Part shown: piece after piece, positions 61,256 through 64,000 of the stretch
Position numbering within the stretch: the stretch's first letter is position 1
How the letters are laid out: the number at the start of each line of letters is the position of its first letter
DNA from: the human T2T-CHM13v2.0 reference genome, Homo sapiens
Direction: 5' to 3' (one strand)
Length of the DNA stretch: 64,000 bases
NCBI RefSeq assembly: GCF_009914755.1
Contig: NC_060942.1
The notes under the pieces: model-generated
Database searches by the model: none
What the model was told of the DNA's origin: nothing
What the model saw: the letters and a program-made list of their open reading frames with translations, nothing else
Made by a program: the position numbers and the translations under genes

Positions 61256-63046
61256 GGGTCACATTTTCCTATTTCTTTGCATGTCTTGTAATTGTTTCAT
61301 TGAAAACTGGAACTTTTGCATAATACATTGTAGCAACACTGCTTATTGATTGCCCCTCCTCCACCCCAGGGGGTTGATGTTGTTGTCTTGGCCAATTTAT
61401 TTACGCTTTGATGACTTAAACTCTATTTCCCACACAGTGTGCAGCCTCGTGTTTATATCTTTGAGCCTGGCTATGTAGAGATTTCTCCGGGTCAGCATAA
61501 AATCACTGGTCATAGATTGTGCTTAAGACCGCTTAGCCAGTTCTACTTTTACTCTTTACCTTGGATGTGTTTGTGGCTTGGAGGCTGCTATTGCAATTTA
61601 AATAATTATGTGTTTGCCTTCACATTTTGTGACGGACTACTAGCTTGGATTTTTCTTCTCCCATCACTCTGGAGAAGGCACAGTCTTGGGTGTGTACAGG
61701 GACTTTCAGGCTGCCAGGGATCAGCATGGTTTTTCTTCTTAAGCCTGCTTTCCTAGGAGTTGCCTCTGGGTCAGTTCAGCCAGCTGTGGTGAAGTTTGTG
61801 CTTAAGCCTCTAGTGCCAGTGAGGCTTCTGCCCTTTGTGGATTATTCCGTATGTGGTTTAGTGGTGTTTTCAAATCTGCCCACATCTAGCTCTGATTGCT
61901 TCTGACTATTGCTAGGTACAGCCTTGCACTGCACACAGCCTTCATGACCGCCAGGGTTATGTGGCATCCCAGGAGGGTTCTTCTTGGTGGTCTTTCCATT
62001 GTACCCTGTTACACTTCTGATTGCTCTGCCATTTTGCATGTGGTAGCTTGCACCATGGAGCTATGAGTGCCTTCTGAATTGCTCTCCAACAAGATGCTCA
62101 TTGCTTTTGACAATGTCCTTAAGCATGGAATTCTCCACGCTCCATTCCAAATAAAGCCAGCCCCTGCAGGCCGAGCTGTGGAGTTCTTCGTCCCTGAGAT
62201 CTGCCTCTTTGGCCTGCCTCTTCCTGAGCAGCACTTCTGTTCCACTGCACAAGAGCTGGGGGTAGAACCCACTCTTGTCCCAGAGTGACATCCTGCTCCG
62301 CCAGCAGGTACGGAGTGTGTGTGGCCTGTACCTTCCTGGCTTGCCTTTCCTTGTATGGAGCCTCAGCCTTAGAAGTGAGCTGGGATGAAGGTGATCAGGG
62401 CCTCACTATTCTCTCCTAGCTATGCCTGGGGAAAAGCTTCAGTCCTACGAATAGAAGTTAGGTGGAGGAAAGGAATCCTGGGCCTCTTAGTCACCCCCGC
62501 CTACAATGGAATTTCTGTAAAATGGGGCTGGAAGATGAGAAACTCTGTCAGCCCATTCCTCCCATGGTGAAACTGTAGCCCCAGGCTGGGGAGCTGGGGA
62601 GCTGGGGAGCTGGGGTGGTGGTGGGAAGAGTCTCATTTTCTTGGTTGCATCTCCCTGGATTAGAGCTCCTCAATCAGTTTCCCTAAGCTTGGGGTGGAAG
62701 GTAAGGGTCATGACTGAAATGCCACAGACCCCTGTCTTAATGAGATTTAGCTGATTTTCTCATTTTCTTGAATGAATATTACCCTATTTACTTTAGGATA
62801 ATTCTCTTTAAAAAACTATGTTTTTAAAAAATGCTTTCCTCCTGATAAATGGATGTTTACTGGGGAGAGATTCTGAGGGACTCTTCACTCTTCTCTGGAG
62901 TCATCTTTCCCTTTGCGTTATAAATAATTCAAATAACACAAATAACGACTCCTACCTTTGGGTATACATTTTTTCACAACGAAAATTTTCTCTTCTATTA
63001 CTTCTCTATATGTTTTATATACTAATACCCTTATCTCAGTATTTTA

Positions 63047-63343
63047 TTTTATTTTTTTTGAGATGGGGTCTCACTTTGTGGTCCAGGCTAGAGTGCAGTG
63101 GCATGATCACAGTACACTATAGCCTCGAACTTCTGGGCTCAAGTGATCCTCCCGCCTCAGCCTCCCCTGCAGCTGGGACTATAGGCATGTGCCACCATGT
63201 CTGGTTAATTTTCCTTTTCTTTTTGTAGAGATGGGTTCTCACTATGTCTCACGGGCTCTTCTTGAACTCCTGGGCTCAGGCAATCCTCCCTCCTCAGCCT
63301 TCCAAAGTGCTGGGATTACAGGTGTGAGCCACTGCACTCAGCC
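63047..63343 (-). mobile_element. AluJ
   Basis: Antisense dimer; perfect 15-bp TSD tatctcagtatttta (63032 / 63344). Confidence 0.95.
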
Positions 63344-64000
63344 TATCTCAGTATTTTAAATAACAGAGCCACCAATAATTAGTGCACTGCAGGACAGAGC
63401 AAAGAGCTAATCCTCACTCAGATCGATCTGCATTTGAACAGCACTCTATTGTTTCACAATGCTATTGAAATGATAATAGCACTTTGTCCTCATTGGGAAG
63501 TGACTGGAATGTGTTTAGCAATACGGAATACGGTGAGGATGACAGCCGAAGGCACACAGGTTGTTCTGGCAGAGCTAGGACTAGAATCAGGGCTCCAGAC
63601 TTCCAACTCTTCCAAGCTAAAAAGAGTGAATTAGACAAAAGCACTCTTTAAAAAAAAATCTGCTTATTTTATGTCTGGAGTAGGAGCTTATCTACCCACA
63701 AAGATGTGGATCACTATTAATCTGGAAATTTTCTGTTTCTATATTTTAATTTAGTAACAATGCGATGAAACTTGTGCTTTTGATAAGATTTCCTATGAAA
63801 TGAGACATCATTTGGATACATAAATATTCTCACTGGCAAAATTACTTGACATAGGCACCTATTTATTTGATACAATGACTGAATTTTAAGTATCTCTTTG
63901 AGGTTTAAAAAAAGCCATTGAAAGTGAAAAAGAGAAACAACCTTTTAACAGCAGAGGGGGCTGGCTGAATTAATAAAAGGGACTGCTGAATTACAATTTA

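Noticed and set aside
63948-63963. CTCF-like acagcagagggggctg
   Set aside because: Mismatches at two key core positions; much weaker than the 50548 site.

Overview
Primate (human-like; AluY, L1PA, MER4-group ERV1 and MER9 present) intergenic or intronic DNA, AT-rich and dominated by transposable elements. I found no supportable protein-coding exon: the ORFs in the track are Alu, L1 ORF2, Tigger1 or ERV remnants, or chance ORFs. Main contents: a 3'-truncated, internally deleted ERV1 provirus (MER50-like LTR, His-type PBS, gag/pro/RT remnants, ~1-6.8 kb), about 15 solo or partial LTRs (mostly + strand), several L1s, about 16 Alus, a Tigger1, a Tigger3-type MITE and microsatellites. The most notable sequence-level oddities are a TSD-flanked tailless tRNA-Gln(CUG) retrocopy with an apparent 5' leader (14.3 kb), a 132-bp spacerless AT-rich palindrome with adjacent local duplications (45.7-46.0 kb), an Alu with an inverted 5' end (3.4 kb), an internal Alu fragment captured in a MIR (43.0 kb), and a repeat-poor, CpG-enriched segment with a strong CTCF motif (50.4-51.4 kb). 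I see no convincing evidence of a new biological system. Repeat subfamily names are from recall of consensus sequences and need Dfam/RepeatMasker confirmation.
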